Shown piece after piece: positions 1 through 11,301 of a stretch of 46,608 bases of DNA. The notes under the pieces are model-generated. The model ran no database searches, was not told the origin of the DNA, and saw nothing but the letters and a program-made list of their open reading frames with translations. The DNA comes from Octopus bimaculoides (lineage: Eukaryota): the NCBI RefSeq assembly GCF_001194135.2, contig NC_068994.1, positions 16,169,850 through 16,216,457 of the forward strand, given 5' to 3'. Positions within the stretch are counted from its first letter, which is position 1. Each line of letters begins with the position of its first letter. Position numbers and translations under genes: made by a program.

Positions 1-72
1 ACCAGTATAAGCAACACTGCCAGCAGAAATCAGGACATCACCAGCAATGTGGCCCAACAGCTGATCAAATTC
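1..72 (-). CDS. DNAH6: Dynein heavy chain exon, running off the window edge: EFDQLLGHIAGDVLISAGSVAYTG
   Basis: ttttcag acceptor at 73-74; GDVL.SA..VAY.G motif that follows the stalk. Confidence 0.93.
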
Positions 73-716
73 CTGAAAACAGGGAATATAAATATGCAAA
101 TTTAAGTAAACTTAACTGCACACACACGCACACACACACACACACACACGCACGCACACACACACACACACACGACCTATATAGTAGATAAATAAACAGG
201 GTAAATTTATCTATTAAGCTCGATGTAATTAACTTACTCCTCCCCTAAAATTTCTGGCCTTGTGCCACAATTTGAAACCAATATTCATGACCACAAGAAG
301 TAATTAAAATATGACACAACATCCTCACAGGACACAGAAATGGAGCTTAGTCAGGATAAGGGCTCAATCATGCAAGAGTTCTGCGTGGCAGTGTGACCCC
401 TGCTACATGCAGCAACCAAATTTCCTTCAAATCACACCATACCATCTTAAGTTAGGATATGATGCACTGATCTTGGTGAGCTCTTTCTGCTACATGTCAC
501 AATGTGTATAGTGACATGACTGGGTCAGCAACTGCATATGTAGAACAATATGCTAACTCTTAGATGTGAACATGCTTATCTCTTTCTTTTTAATGAAGGG
601 ATAACATCAAAAAAGTTTTTTAAAAACTTTCCTTTCATTAAAATGTTAAGCTTACACTTTATTTCTTAAATTTTGTTCCTCTTATGCTGTCAACCACTCC
701 ATGACTAACTCAAGGA

Positions 717-767
717 ACCCCAGACTAGATTTAGTTTTGCCTATACTGTAGGAATCGTCAGTGAGTA
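717..767 (-). ncRNA. Degenerate type-I hammerhead ribozyme, family a (copy 1)
   Basis: Minus strand: TACTCA CTGACGA T TCCTA CAGTA TAGGC AAAA CTAAATCTAG TC TGGGGT. G12 is mutated to A. Inverted copy of 1133-1183. Confidence 0.75.
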
Positions 768-1132
768 CTGCTTGAATGGTGCATGATCAGCTAATCCCCT
801 CTGCCAGAATATCTGTATTTATCTTATAAGTTTATGAATGATTCAGTCCTCACAAGGTTGCCTCCTGTCAGCACGTGTGTATACATTTTGCGCTCTTCCT
901 ACTTGCATTAATGAGTATTTTAACTCTTATTTCTAGAAATGTAAGTACTTCCGTAACCTTAGTCATATTTAGTGATGATTAGATTTTTCCTTTAGGATAT
1001 CACATTGCACCTGACTGTTTATATTAACCTTTAGTATATGCATTAGCATTTTGGTAAACCATCCACAAATTTTCATGGTAAATACATATATGCTGGTTGA
1101 GGGAATTAGCCAATCATGTGCCATTCAAGCAG

Positions 1133-1183
1133 TCCTCACTGATGACACCTACAGTATAGGTGAAACTAGATCTCATCTGGGGA
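1133..1183 (+). ncRNA. Type-I hammerhead ribozyme motif, family a (copy 2, core nucleotides intact)
   Basis: TCCTCA CTGATGA C ACCTA CAGTA TAGGT GAAA CTAGATCTCA TC TGGGGA: stem I 6 bp, stem II 5 bp, near-palindromic stem III. Confidence 0.8.
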
Positions 1184-1378
1184 TCCTCAAGTTGGTTATG
1201 GGGCAGTTGCTTTCCCTGTCAGCATGTGTGTATACATATTGTACTCTTCCTACAACATAAAAAGTATTTTAACTCTTATTTCTGGCAATGTAGGTGCTTC
1301 GGCATCCTTAGTCAGACTTAGTAACAATTGAATTTTTCCTTTATGGTATCACATTGCGCCTGGCTGTTTATATTGATT

Positions 1379-1440
<62 letters not shown>

Positions 1441-2572
1441 TTCATACATATATATACACACATATATACATACACATATATATATATATACACACACACA
1501 CCACACACACATATGTAAGAGAAAAGAACAAGTTGTTACATATACTTCAGTATTCGGCAAAACATGACCTCATATTTTAAATGGAACCAGTAGATGGCCC
1601 CTATAAGCTGCACCTACTGGTTCCACCTATTAGCATGATGTAATGGGAAGCCAAATACTGATATACATTTGAAGAAAAGCAACAAAAATTCATTAGGTTA
1701 TAGCAGTATGTACGTTAAGATGTGCAATGAAAATGTACTCCTCAGCTGCATAATGGAAGTTCATTTTAGAAAGTCATTTTGTAGATGTGTGCAAATACAA
1801 GAGTAGGAGATGAAGAAAATACCATCTTGTCTGGGCTGTTAATCAACAGTCTAGGAGTACATTTTCATTGCACATCTTATGAGGTGTTCTCACTACAGGA
1901 ATAAATGAAGTTTGTACGAACGTACGTACTACTATAACCTATTGAATTTTTGTTGCTTTTCTTCAAATTTTATTCACCAAATCTCTTGATTTTGTTTTTG
2001 GTTTTTACCCTACCAAATTCTGGTGCCTCAAACATTTTAAGTACCACATTTAATCTTTTGATTAAATCTATANNNNNNNNNNNNNNNNNNNNNNNNNNNN
2101 NNNNNNNNNNNNNNNNNNNNNNNNNNNNNNNNNNNNNNNNNNNNNNNNNNNNNNNNNNNNNNNNNNNNNNNNNNNNNNNNNNNNNNNNNNNNNNNNNNNN
2201 NNNNNNNNNNNNNNNNNNNNNNNNNNNNNNNNNNNNNNNNNNNNNNNNNNNNNNNNNNNNNNNNNNNNNNNNNNNNNNNNNNNNNNNNNNNNNNNNNNNN
2301 NNNNNNNNNNNNNNNNNNNNNNNNNNNNNNNNNNNNNNNNNNNNNNNNNNNNNNNNNNNNNNNNNNNNNNNNNNNNNNNNNNNNNNNNNNNNNNNNNNNN
2401 NNNNNNNNNNNNNNNNNNNNNNNNNNNNNNNNNNNNNNGTATATATTCTTATTAATATGAGAAATGCTTTATCCTTAATTTTCATGAGTTCAGCTTAGCA
2501 GATAAATTTCAATTAAGCTTGAAAATTCTATACATAGCAATACAATGATATCATTTTCAATGTTTTCCTTAC

Positions 2573-2810
2573 AACGACGGTTTCTTTCCATTTTTCATGC
2601 TTATCTGCAAGAGCTTTGGTTAACTTGGTTGCTCGTTTCAATCTGACAGCTGTCTGGGTGATCTTACATTCAAGCCTTTCTTTCTCTTCTACACTTTCAT
2701 CATATGTTTTTTGCAGAGCAGCAATTTGTGCCACAACTTTAGCCAAAGCATCCTGGTGTACTTTCAGGTTAGCCATGACAATAGCAAGCTCTTCTTTAGC
2801 TTTTGCAAGC
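2573..2810 (-). CDS. DNAH6: Dynein heavy chain exon (stalk CC2): LAKAKEELAIVMANLKVHQDALAKVV...RLKRATKLTKALADKHEKWKETVV
   Basis: tgatag acceptor, gtaagg donor; 238 nt; RL.RA.KL..AL motif. Confidence 0.93.
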
Positions 2811-2842
2811 CTATCAAAAGAATAAAAATAAAAGTAATATAT

Positions 2843-3370
2843 ATATTGGGAACAAGAATGGGCCCCAACTATGCAAACCTATTTGTTTGCTACATTGAGG
2901 CCCAAATATTCTCATGATTCACTGGTCCCACTCCCGAATTATAAGGTCGTTATATTGATGACTGTATCAGTGCAACCTCACTCTACTACGAACAACTAGA
3001 CTCCTTCCTCTTTTTTGTCCAATCCTCCCATCCTGCCCTCAATTTCTCCTGCACTATTTCCAAAACTTCCATTACATTTCTCGACATTTCTGTTAGCATA
3101 AAACACTCCGCTCTCACTACCTCCATCCACTACAAACACACCGACTCACACTTCTACCTTAACTTCTCCTCCTCCCACCCTACCCACACCAAGCTCTCCA
3201 TCCTCTACTCTCAATTCCTCCGTCTGCGCAGGCTCTGCAGTGACAACCATGGCTTTAAAACTCAGTCTCAACTCATGGCTCACCACTTCATCCTTCGTGG
3301 ATATCCCTCCACCACTATCCAGACAGCCCTTGCCAGGGCACACTCCATGAACTGTGCTTCTGCTCTCTCT
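2843..3370 (+). pseudogene. Penelope-like element reverse transcriptase fragment
   Basis: One frame with two stops: GTRMGPNYANLF...GRYIDDC...TFLDI...HYKHTDSHFYL..SSSHP.HTK.SI.YSQFLRLRRLCS...RGYP. These are PLE RT and thumb motifs. Ends in microsatellite and an N gap. Confidence 0.88.
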
Positions 3371-3721
3371 CTCTTTATTATATATATTATATATATATAT
3401 ATNNNNNNNNNNNNNNNNNNNNNNNNNNNNNNNNNNNNNNNNNNNNNNNNNNNNNNNNNNNNNNNNNNNNNNNNNNNNNNNNNNNNNNNNNNNNNNNNNN
3501 NNNNNNNNNNNNNNNNNNNNNNNNNNNNNNNNNNNNNNNNNNNNNNNNNNNNNNNNNNNNNNNNNNNNNNNNNNNNNNNNNNNNNNNNNNNNNNNNNNNN
3601 NNNNNNNNNNNNNNNNNNNNNNNNNNNNNNNNNNNNNNNNNNNNNNNNNNNNNNNNNNNNNNNNNNNNNNNNNNNNNNNNNNNNNNNNNNNNNNNNNNNN
3701 NNNNNNNNNNNNNNNNNNNNN

Positions 3722-3782
<61 letters not shown>

Positions 3783-4266
3783 AATCAAAATATACACTAT
3801 TATAGATCCATTACACCCGATCTTACTAATCAGTTTCACACTGAGCTATAGACCTGGATGGTAGATAACAGCATGGTTAAGCCAGTTTTAGTACCCAATG
3901 CAAAAGCAACTGGTAAGATCAACTGTAATGGATCTATAATGCTGCATACTTTGTTTAATATACCCACTGTATTGCCAAATATACAAGTGCATCATTTTCC
4001 TAACTTATAGATTCTTAGATGACTATATACAATAAACAAGGAGCATTTAGACATCCAAGCATTTGTCAGCTAAATAATTTGAGCACTATCTGAAGTTTTA
4101 TAAAGAAGATATTTTTTATTCAATCAGGTCTGACAGTACACCTTCTGGTGCTATTGTGCAATATACATTACATAATATACATGACTAAATCATTGTTTTT
4201 GTCAATATATTTAATTGAATTAAATGGCAGTAGAAGACAGAAGTAAATTAATAAATCCATTCTTAC

Positions 4267-4349
4267 CGTTGCTGTTTGGGTTGGACTGCTCGAAAAACAT
4301 ATGCATACAAGTTAATAGCTCTCACCCACATACACAACGATTTACAAGC
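4267..4349 (-). CDS. DNAH6: Dynein heavy chain exon: ACKSLCMWVRAINLYAYVFRAVQPKQQ(R)
   Basis: Not in the ORF track. ttttcag acceptor, gtaaga donor; 83 nt; ACKS.C.WVRA motif. Confidence 0.95.
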
Positions 4350-5744
4350 CTGAAAATTGGAACAGACGTTTTATCAAGTAATACAGTAACTCTCACACAT
4401 AGTTAATTATGTTAACATTATGCAAATATTACTAAGTATTTCAAAGACTCGACAGCTACAAATTTTCTCAAATTATGTCAGACATGATTTATCAATATTG
4501 TAAATTATACAACTGCCAAAAGTGAGATATTTGCTTTCTGTTGTATAATAAGAAAAGCAAAAACTGAAAAGATGCTAAAATCACAGATTGCATTCATCTA
4601 ATTTTCATAATGTGCTGTTGTATTACAAAAGAATGATAAATATATAACTAGAAAAATCATTAATGTTTGGAAATAATTTTTAAGCTAATGATTTGCATAT
4701 ATTAAAATGTAATCAGTTAGGTAAAACAGGTCCTGTGTGCACACACGTAATTGTGCCCAGAAGAAAAACAAGAAATCACAGTTGCACATTGTTTTATCCA
4801 TTAACAAATTGTTAAATCATTTTTGAACTTTTATATTTGATTTTCACTAAAAAGGCTAAAGAGTTATGGGAATTTTTAAAATTTAAAAGCCATTGCTTAC
4901 ATAATTTCATCTTCGTTTTTTAAACAAAATACATTAAACAAAATATACACAGTATTAAAAAAAAATGTTATAAAATCAAAGATAACATTTCAATAAATCG
5001 CATTTGATGATTTAAAGAATTTTCTCAATGTTGAAGAAAATGTAAAATTAATCTCAATATATTCTTAGTGAAAACAAGGCATGTTTCTATAATAGAAGTT
5101 TATATTACACCTTCCAGCCAAAAATCACAAACTAGAATTAAATGAAAGCTGCTGGAAAATAGTAATTAATTTTTCTAAAAAAAAAAAAAAGAAATATATA
5201 AATAAATAAAAGAAAATCAAAAAGACAATGCAACTGTTCCTAAATTATATTTTGGAATAATACGGAAAGATTTCCTCGACTGATACTAAATAGTGGAAGT
5301 TTTTGCTTAGAGCTATATTAAATCCTAAAGGCCATGATCCCCATCAACCTGCCTTCTTTATTCAAACCAATATTAAGATTAACATCAACAATAACTAATA
5401 CCAGATACACAACATATTCTTTACTCATTTCAAATCTGGAAGCATTCTACATTTATCTACTGAAATCTTACAGAAGAAATCCTAACATCATTGATTTTAA
5501 CAACATAAAGTAAATTTTAGGTAGAATAAACAACCTACTAAACATAACAGGTAAACTTTGCTCCAATCATATTCTACCACCTTAAAAAGAGTTGGGGAAA
5601 CATTGAATAATGTAGTTTAAGATACACTATGTCTGAAAAATAAATGTGGTATTCTTGGCTAGAAAGCCTTTTATCAGAGACCTTTTCAGTTACAGTTGAT
5701 GCCTGTGATAGAATATTGTCACAGCCAATAAAAGAAAGTACAAA

Positions 5745-6300
5745 GGGGTGGCTGTGTGGTAAGAAGCCTGCTTCCCAACCATATGGTTCCGGGTTCAGTT
5801 CCAACTCGCGACACCTTGGGCAAGTGTCTTCTACTGTAGCCTTGGGCCAACCAGAGCCTTGTGAGTGAATTTGGTAGACAAAACCTGGAAAAAGCCCATC
5901 ATACATTCATTTTTCTGTATTGTATAGCAGAGGCAGCTTGGGGAAAACTGAATGAAATCTTTTACATTTGAATGAGAATCAATGCTTCTTAGTTACACTC
6001 TAAAGAAAACAAATGAATATTATTTGTAGACAGCTACATAGCCTAGAAATTAATTGTGCTAATATTAACATTTTCTATATGTATGTATATACATGTATAT
6101 ATCTGTTTGTCTTTGTGTTTGTGATTGACAATTGGTGTATTTAGATTCCCATAACTTAGTGGTTTGGTAAATTAGACTGACAGAATAAGTACTTGGCTTA
6201 AACAATAAGGCCTGGGGTCGATTTGTTCAAGTAAAAACTCTTCAAGGCAGTGCTCCAGCATGGCCACAGTCAAATGACTGAAATAAGTAAAAGAGTAAAA
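5745..6300 (+). mobile_element. tRNA-derived SINE (family A), interrupted by a 173-bp non-SINE insert at 5906-6078
   Basis: Head gtggctgtgtggtaagaagcctgcttcccaacc...ccgggttcagtt; the 3' half resumes after 6080 and ends ...gtaaaagagtaaaa. Confidence 0.8.
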
Positions 6301-7494
6301 AGAATAAAAGAATGTACGAATAGTACTTTAACTGAATGAACTAAATAATGAATGATTTTTCTGAAGAAAATTAAATTCACATAACATGTTAAGATTGGAT
6401 CAACAATCAGAAGCAGACAATGCATGTGTATAAGTGACAGGGAGACTATTTGTTAAGTGAGCTGAAATTTGAACAAAAAAAAACACATGTAGATTATGCA
6501 CACATACATATATAAATGGCTGAGTGAATGAGTAGAAAACAGTTCATTAACACCCATGTATACATTTAATGTAGCTTGCAATTTTCATATTTCATATAGA
6601 AAATAAGAATATTTCTCAAATTTTTTGCTAAAAACAACCATGGATTGACAGAAGCAAGACAAAAGAAAACACATACATACTTATACACACACACACACAC
6701 ACACACACACTTATACATACATACATANNNNNNNNNNTATATATATATATATATATATATGTGGCAAGAAGAAAATGGAGGGAATCCAGAGGTAGTATTC
6801 ATCAGCATTAGACATTATATTATGTCTATTTATTTATTTTAAACAGTTCAGATAATATATATAAATACATGTGTAAAGTAATAGTAATTTCAAGAATTAA
6901 TAGTTGGTTGAAGTTGAATTAATATTTTTTCTTCACTTATAGGGACCTTACTGTATTTTATAAGATATTTACTAAATGAGATTGGTTTCAAATTTTGGCA
7001 CAGGGCTAGCATTTTGAGGGAGTGGGGTAAGTTGATTATAATCACCACAGTGCTTAACTGGTACTTATTTTATCAACCTCAAAAGGATGAAAGGAAAAGT
7101 CAACCTTGGTGGAATTTGAACTCAGAACATAAAGATGGATAAAATACCATTAAGCATTTTACCCAGAGCTGTAATGATTCACCAGCTCACTGCCTTAGAA
7201 TATCTACTAGATAATATTTATTTATCATTGACAAGCCAATAACTGAAATCTGTAACTGAAGTTATAAAATATGCTTACTTTGCAGTGTGGACTGGATGCT
7301 TTTACACTTTTTACCATAAGAGAGAATCTTTTCTCTATGGTAATTGCAGTGAATTTACCTTTAGAAGTTAAAATATGTCACAAACATATTTTAACTAACC
7401 AAAAGTATATATATATATATTATTACTAGTACTATATATCTATATGATCACTACTATTGTTTGTAATGTCCCCTTTTCTATACTTTATGCATCA

Positions 7495-7810
7495 GATGGA
7501 ATTTGGTGAAGCAGATTTTCTACACACTTCCAGTTATCTACTCTCATCTGTTTCTATGCAAGGTTGTTTATGAAAGACCAGCAGTCACCCATGCATACCA
7601 GCCTCCCCTCTCCATACCACTGATGTTATCCAAAGGAAATGCAAAGATCAATACGGCTCAGCACAAGTGACACTGCAACTCATTTCTGAGTGAACTGGAG
7701 TAATGTGAAATAAAGTGTCTTGCTCAAAAACACAACACACGCCCTAGTCTGGGAATCAAACTTCAAGATTCTGAGCTCAATGCTTTAACCACTGAGCCAT
7801 GTGCCTTCAC
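7495..7810 (-). mobile_element. tRNA-derived SINE (family E), diverged; homologous to about 33650-33990
   Basis: Shared core cagcagtcacccatgcataccagcctcccctctcca; the head reads gaaggcacatggctcagtggtta on the minus strand. Confidence 0.7.
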
Positions 7811-8611
7811 AAGTGTGCAAGTGTGTATATATAAATAATCCTTCAGTTTCCATCTACCAGATTCACTCACAAGGTTTTGGTCAGCCCAGGACTAGAGAAA
7901 CAGACACATGACAAAGGGGCCATGCAGTGGGGCTAAACCAGAAATCGTGTGGTAAGAAAGCAAACTTCTTAGCAATACAGCTATGCCTGCACCTATGATC
8001 AAAGCCATTCCACTATGACCATCTCATCTTTGTTGTATATCTCAGACAGTATTATCCAAGGTGCTTTTCATTTTTAAAATAATAATATGCAATTTCAGGG
8101 AGATTAGGCTACTAAGTAGCCACATGAGGCCACATGAGGCAAAAGTCAGTGTGCATTGTATTCTGCAAAATTTCATGAAGCAAGTGCATCCAGCCCAAGC
8201 AAGCATAAATCATAAGCATTAAATAGATCATGTGCATGAAACAAAACCTCTTCCTTGCTATGTATCATATATTTCCATCGGAAGTACTAGTAACTTAAAA
8301 ATAAATGCAAATGTTTATTTCAATCAGATAGAAGCTGTCATAAACACTTGGAAATTAATATTTTTGTTTGTTTGTTTTTATTTTTGTTTTTGTTTTGTTT
8401 TGTTTTTTATTTGCTTTAATAGCTATATTTCCAATTTTTCAAAACTATCTCCTTTCATTTTCTTTCAACATCCTATAGATTCAGAAAATGCAATAAATTT
8501 AGAACAAAACAAAACTATGTATTAAAACTGTTAAATTTAATTCATAATTGGTTTTGTTTGAAAGAACATGTACAAAAAGAAAAAAAAAAAGCAACTTATA
8601 TACAAGACTAC

Positions 8612-8645
<34 letters not shown>

Positions 8646-9284
8646 GCAGTGTAATGCATAAAGGAACAATTCGTTGCCAATGGCTATTTCATTTTTCTGT
8701 ATTGTATAGCAGAGGCAGCTTGGGGAAAACTGAATGAAGTCTTTTACATTTGAATGAGAGTCAATGCTTCTTAGTTACACTTTAAAGAAAACAAATGATT
8801 ATTATTTGTAAACAGCTCCATAGCCTAGAAATTAATTAACTGTGTTAATATTAACATTTTCTATTTTTATTCATCATAATGTTGACCAAGAGAATTGTAT
8901 TCTCTAAAAAATCATAATGATTGTCATAGAACACTTTGGTTGGGTAGCTTTTCTTTTTTAAAGCAAAATTTTAAGAAAATTTTAATTAATTTATATCAGC
9001 ATTTTCCCCTTCTAGCAGTATTTTTATTTTGGTCATATGTAGTTAATTAGTAATATATACATTGAATAAATCAATCAACAATATTAATTAATACATACAA
9101 GAACAGTAGTCAGACTAATATGGACGTATTACTGTGTATAGATGCTATATGCTCAGTGAAAAATGCTGGAATTGATGATGGCATTGTTGTTGTTACTATG
9201 TTTTGAGTTAACTCTGATCAAGCTAAACAATGAGAAGTGACTCATTCATCCTTCTTTGCACTAATACCATGTCTTCATCTAACT

Positions 9285-9605
9285 CAGTGGTTCTCAATCA
9301 GTTTTTTCTTATGGACCTCTTTAATTCGTATTTTCCTCTGCTGGACCCCCAAAGTCATTCACTNNNNNNNNNNATATACATTCTTACTGATTTTTTATAA
9401 TTAAATATTATTAGGAATCAAAATATTTTGTGTACTGTAGAAGTATAAGCAATTTATAACACAAATTTTAACAACAAAATTTTATACAGATCCCCAAGGG
9501 ACATATGGACCCCCCAAGGAATATATGGACCCCCAAGGGACATATGGACCCCCAAAGGATATATGGACCCTCAAGGGACAAATGGGCCCCAGTTGAGAAC
9601 CACTG
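9285..9605. mobile_element. hAT-type MITE with an internal minisatellite of about 20 bp
   Basis: TIRs cagtggttctcaa / ttgagaaccactg; 8-bp TSD ATCTAACT/ATATAACT; about five ccccaagggacatatggac units at 9491-9590. Confidence 0.85.
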
Positions 9606-9645
9606 ATATAACTGAACAACCCAAAATATAAAAATGAATATTTAC

Positions 9646-9808
9646 CTTGGAGACATTCTCAACAATCTCAGGATAGAATTTTGGGTTATCAATATAGACT
9701 TTGAGTTTTCTCAATAACTGATCAGGTATATGATCCTTGTCGTAACTACGGAGTGTTTTCAAAAAGTTTTGGTCAGCTAACACACTTTTAGCAGCCTGCC
9801 AGTCAGTC
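9646..9808 (-). CDS. DNAH6: Dynein heavy chain exon (MTBD): TDWQAAKSVLADQNFLKTLRSYDKDHIPDQLLRKLKVYIDNPKFYPEIVENVSK
   Basis: tttcag acceptor, gtaaat donor; 163 nt; in frame with both flanking exons. Confidence 0.95.
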
Positions 9809-10346
9809 CTGAAATAGAGTATAGAAATAATATGCTTTAAAATGACAACAAAATAACAAAATGGTAAAATTGAACCTAACAAAGAAAAATAGCAATTTTA
9901 TAAATGATTTTTAAATCATTACAGTAGCTAGGACTTCATTCTGTTATGTTAAACTAAAAATCTCATCTAATAAACTTTATCAAAAGTAATTGCTTGCAGT
10001 CCTCTCACATAAGCATGAAACAGGCTTCAATTATAATTAACAAATATAAGCTTTTGTAGTGTTAAAGATACTCAGATTTCTACCCTTTTTTTGAAATCCA
10101 GTCTCTGCCTAATTCTTTTATTCTTTTACTTGTTTCAGTCATTTGACTGCAGCCATGCTGGAGCATATCAATACCTTCCTGAATTTTAATATTTTTATCA
10201 GTTCTGTTATTACCATTTCATTTTACTTTATTTTACAGTCTCCTTTATTGTCACCACATTCACCACATTTACTTACCACAAGTTTTTCTTATTACCATCA
10301 CATTTATATTTCTTTTAACCTGTTATCAGTCATCTTTTTTTTTTTT

Positions 10347-10570
10347 TATTGCCCACAAGGGGCTACACACAAAGGGGACAAACAAAGACAGACAAACGGA
10401 TTAAGTCGATTATATCGACCCCAGTGCATAACTGATACTTATTTAATCGACCCTGAAAGGATGAAAGGCAAAGTCGACCTCGGCGGAATTTGAACTCAGA
10501 ACGTAGCAGCAGACGAAATACTGTTAAGCATTTCGCCCAGCGTGCTAACGTTTCTGCCAACTCGCTGCCT
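10347..10570 (-). mobile_element. tRNA-derived SINE (family B); close copies at about 13350-13563, 17725-17937 and 43615-43848
   Basis: Shared gaaaggatgaaaggcaaagtcgacctcggcggaatttgaactcagaac core; the head reads ggcagcgagttggcagaaacgttagc on the minus strand. Confidence 0.85.
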
Positions 10571-10775
10571 TATCAGTCATCTTATTGCCATATTTTGCTT
10601 GCTGGCTTAAATAAACATATTTTTATTATTAAATACATATATTAATGTATATGCTTTGTGTATTTTCCAGTAGTTACAATGGTATAGCAGAGTATATAAA
10701 CTCTCATATCGCCAGTGTTAAAACAGCTTAGAGTCATTGACAGGTGAGATAACTCACCCTCAACCCCATTTGGGA

Positions 10776-10822
10776 GTGATGGACATCGATGTTTCACCAT
10801 TTTTGTGACTCGTCAACATCAT
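10776..10822 (-). ncRNA. Degenerate type-I hammerhead ribozyme, family b (copy 1)
   Basis: Minus strand: ATGATG TTGACGA GTCA CAAAAA TGGT GAAA CATCGATG TC CATCAC. Perfect palindromic stem III ACATCGATGT; C3 changed to U. Confidence 0.8.
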
Positions 10823-10966
10823 GCACTCACCTGGGTTGAAGGCAAGTCATCTAACCGGTCTGTTGACTTATATGCTTATGGCTTGTTTAATCATAAGCTG
10901 GTAACCCCGGAAATTGCATACCTAAGAGAAAATTTATATATGAAGTAAAAGCAGCTCTAGTGTCAT

Positions 10967-11210
10967 TATCATCATCATCATCATTGTTTAACGTCTGCTT
11001 TCCATGCTAGCATGGGTTGGACGATTTGATTGAGGACTGATGAACCAGATGGCTACACCAGGCTTTAATCTGATTTGGCAGAGTTTCTACAGCTAGATAC
11101 CCTTCCTAACGCCAACCACTCCGAGAGTGTAGTGGGTGCTTTTACGTGCCACCGGCACGAAGGCCAGTCAGGCAGTACTGGCAACGGCCATGCTCAAATG
11201 GTGTATTTTA
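10967..11210 (+). mobile_element. SINE-like repeat (family D, (CAT)n-ended); copies at about 18330-18640, 28985-29180, 39400-39790 (-), 40135-40350 (-) and 45143-45385
   Basis: Shared catcatcat...tttaacgtc.g.tttccatgctagcatgggttgga...tttctacagctggatgcccttcctaacgccaaccac. Confidence 0.8.
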
Positions 11211-11254
11211 CATAATAAATATTATTAAGTACATATACTAATATATACAGATGT

Positions 11255-11301
11255 GTGATGCTGACAAGCCACAAAAATGGCAAAACATTGCTGTCCATCA
11301 C
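11255..11301 (+). ncRNA. Degenerate type-I hammerhead ribozyme, family b (copy 2)
   Basis: GTGATG CTGACAA GCCA CAAAAA TGGC AAAA CATTGCTG TC CATCAC. Perfect stems I and II; G8 and G12 changed to A, both at CpG. Confidence 0.8.

Larger units (their letters stand above)
689..1385. mobile_element. Non-autonomous Penelope pseudo-LTR or retrozyme-like element (inverted plus tandem structure)
   Basis: About 689-838 is an inverted copy of about 1063-1208. About 855-1030 is a direct copy of about 1207-1385, giving a period near 350 bp. Confidence 0.65.

Noticed and set aside
5330-5520. LEAFYIYLLK-like peptide suggesting another PLE endonuclease end
   Set aside because: A single short motif with no upstream GIY-YIG signature.
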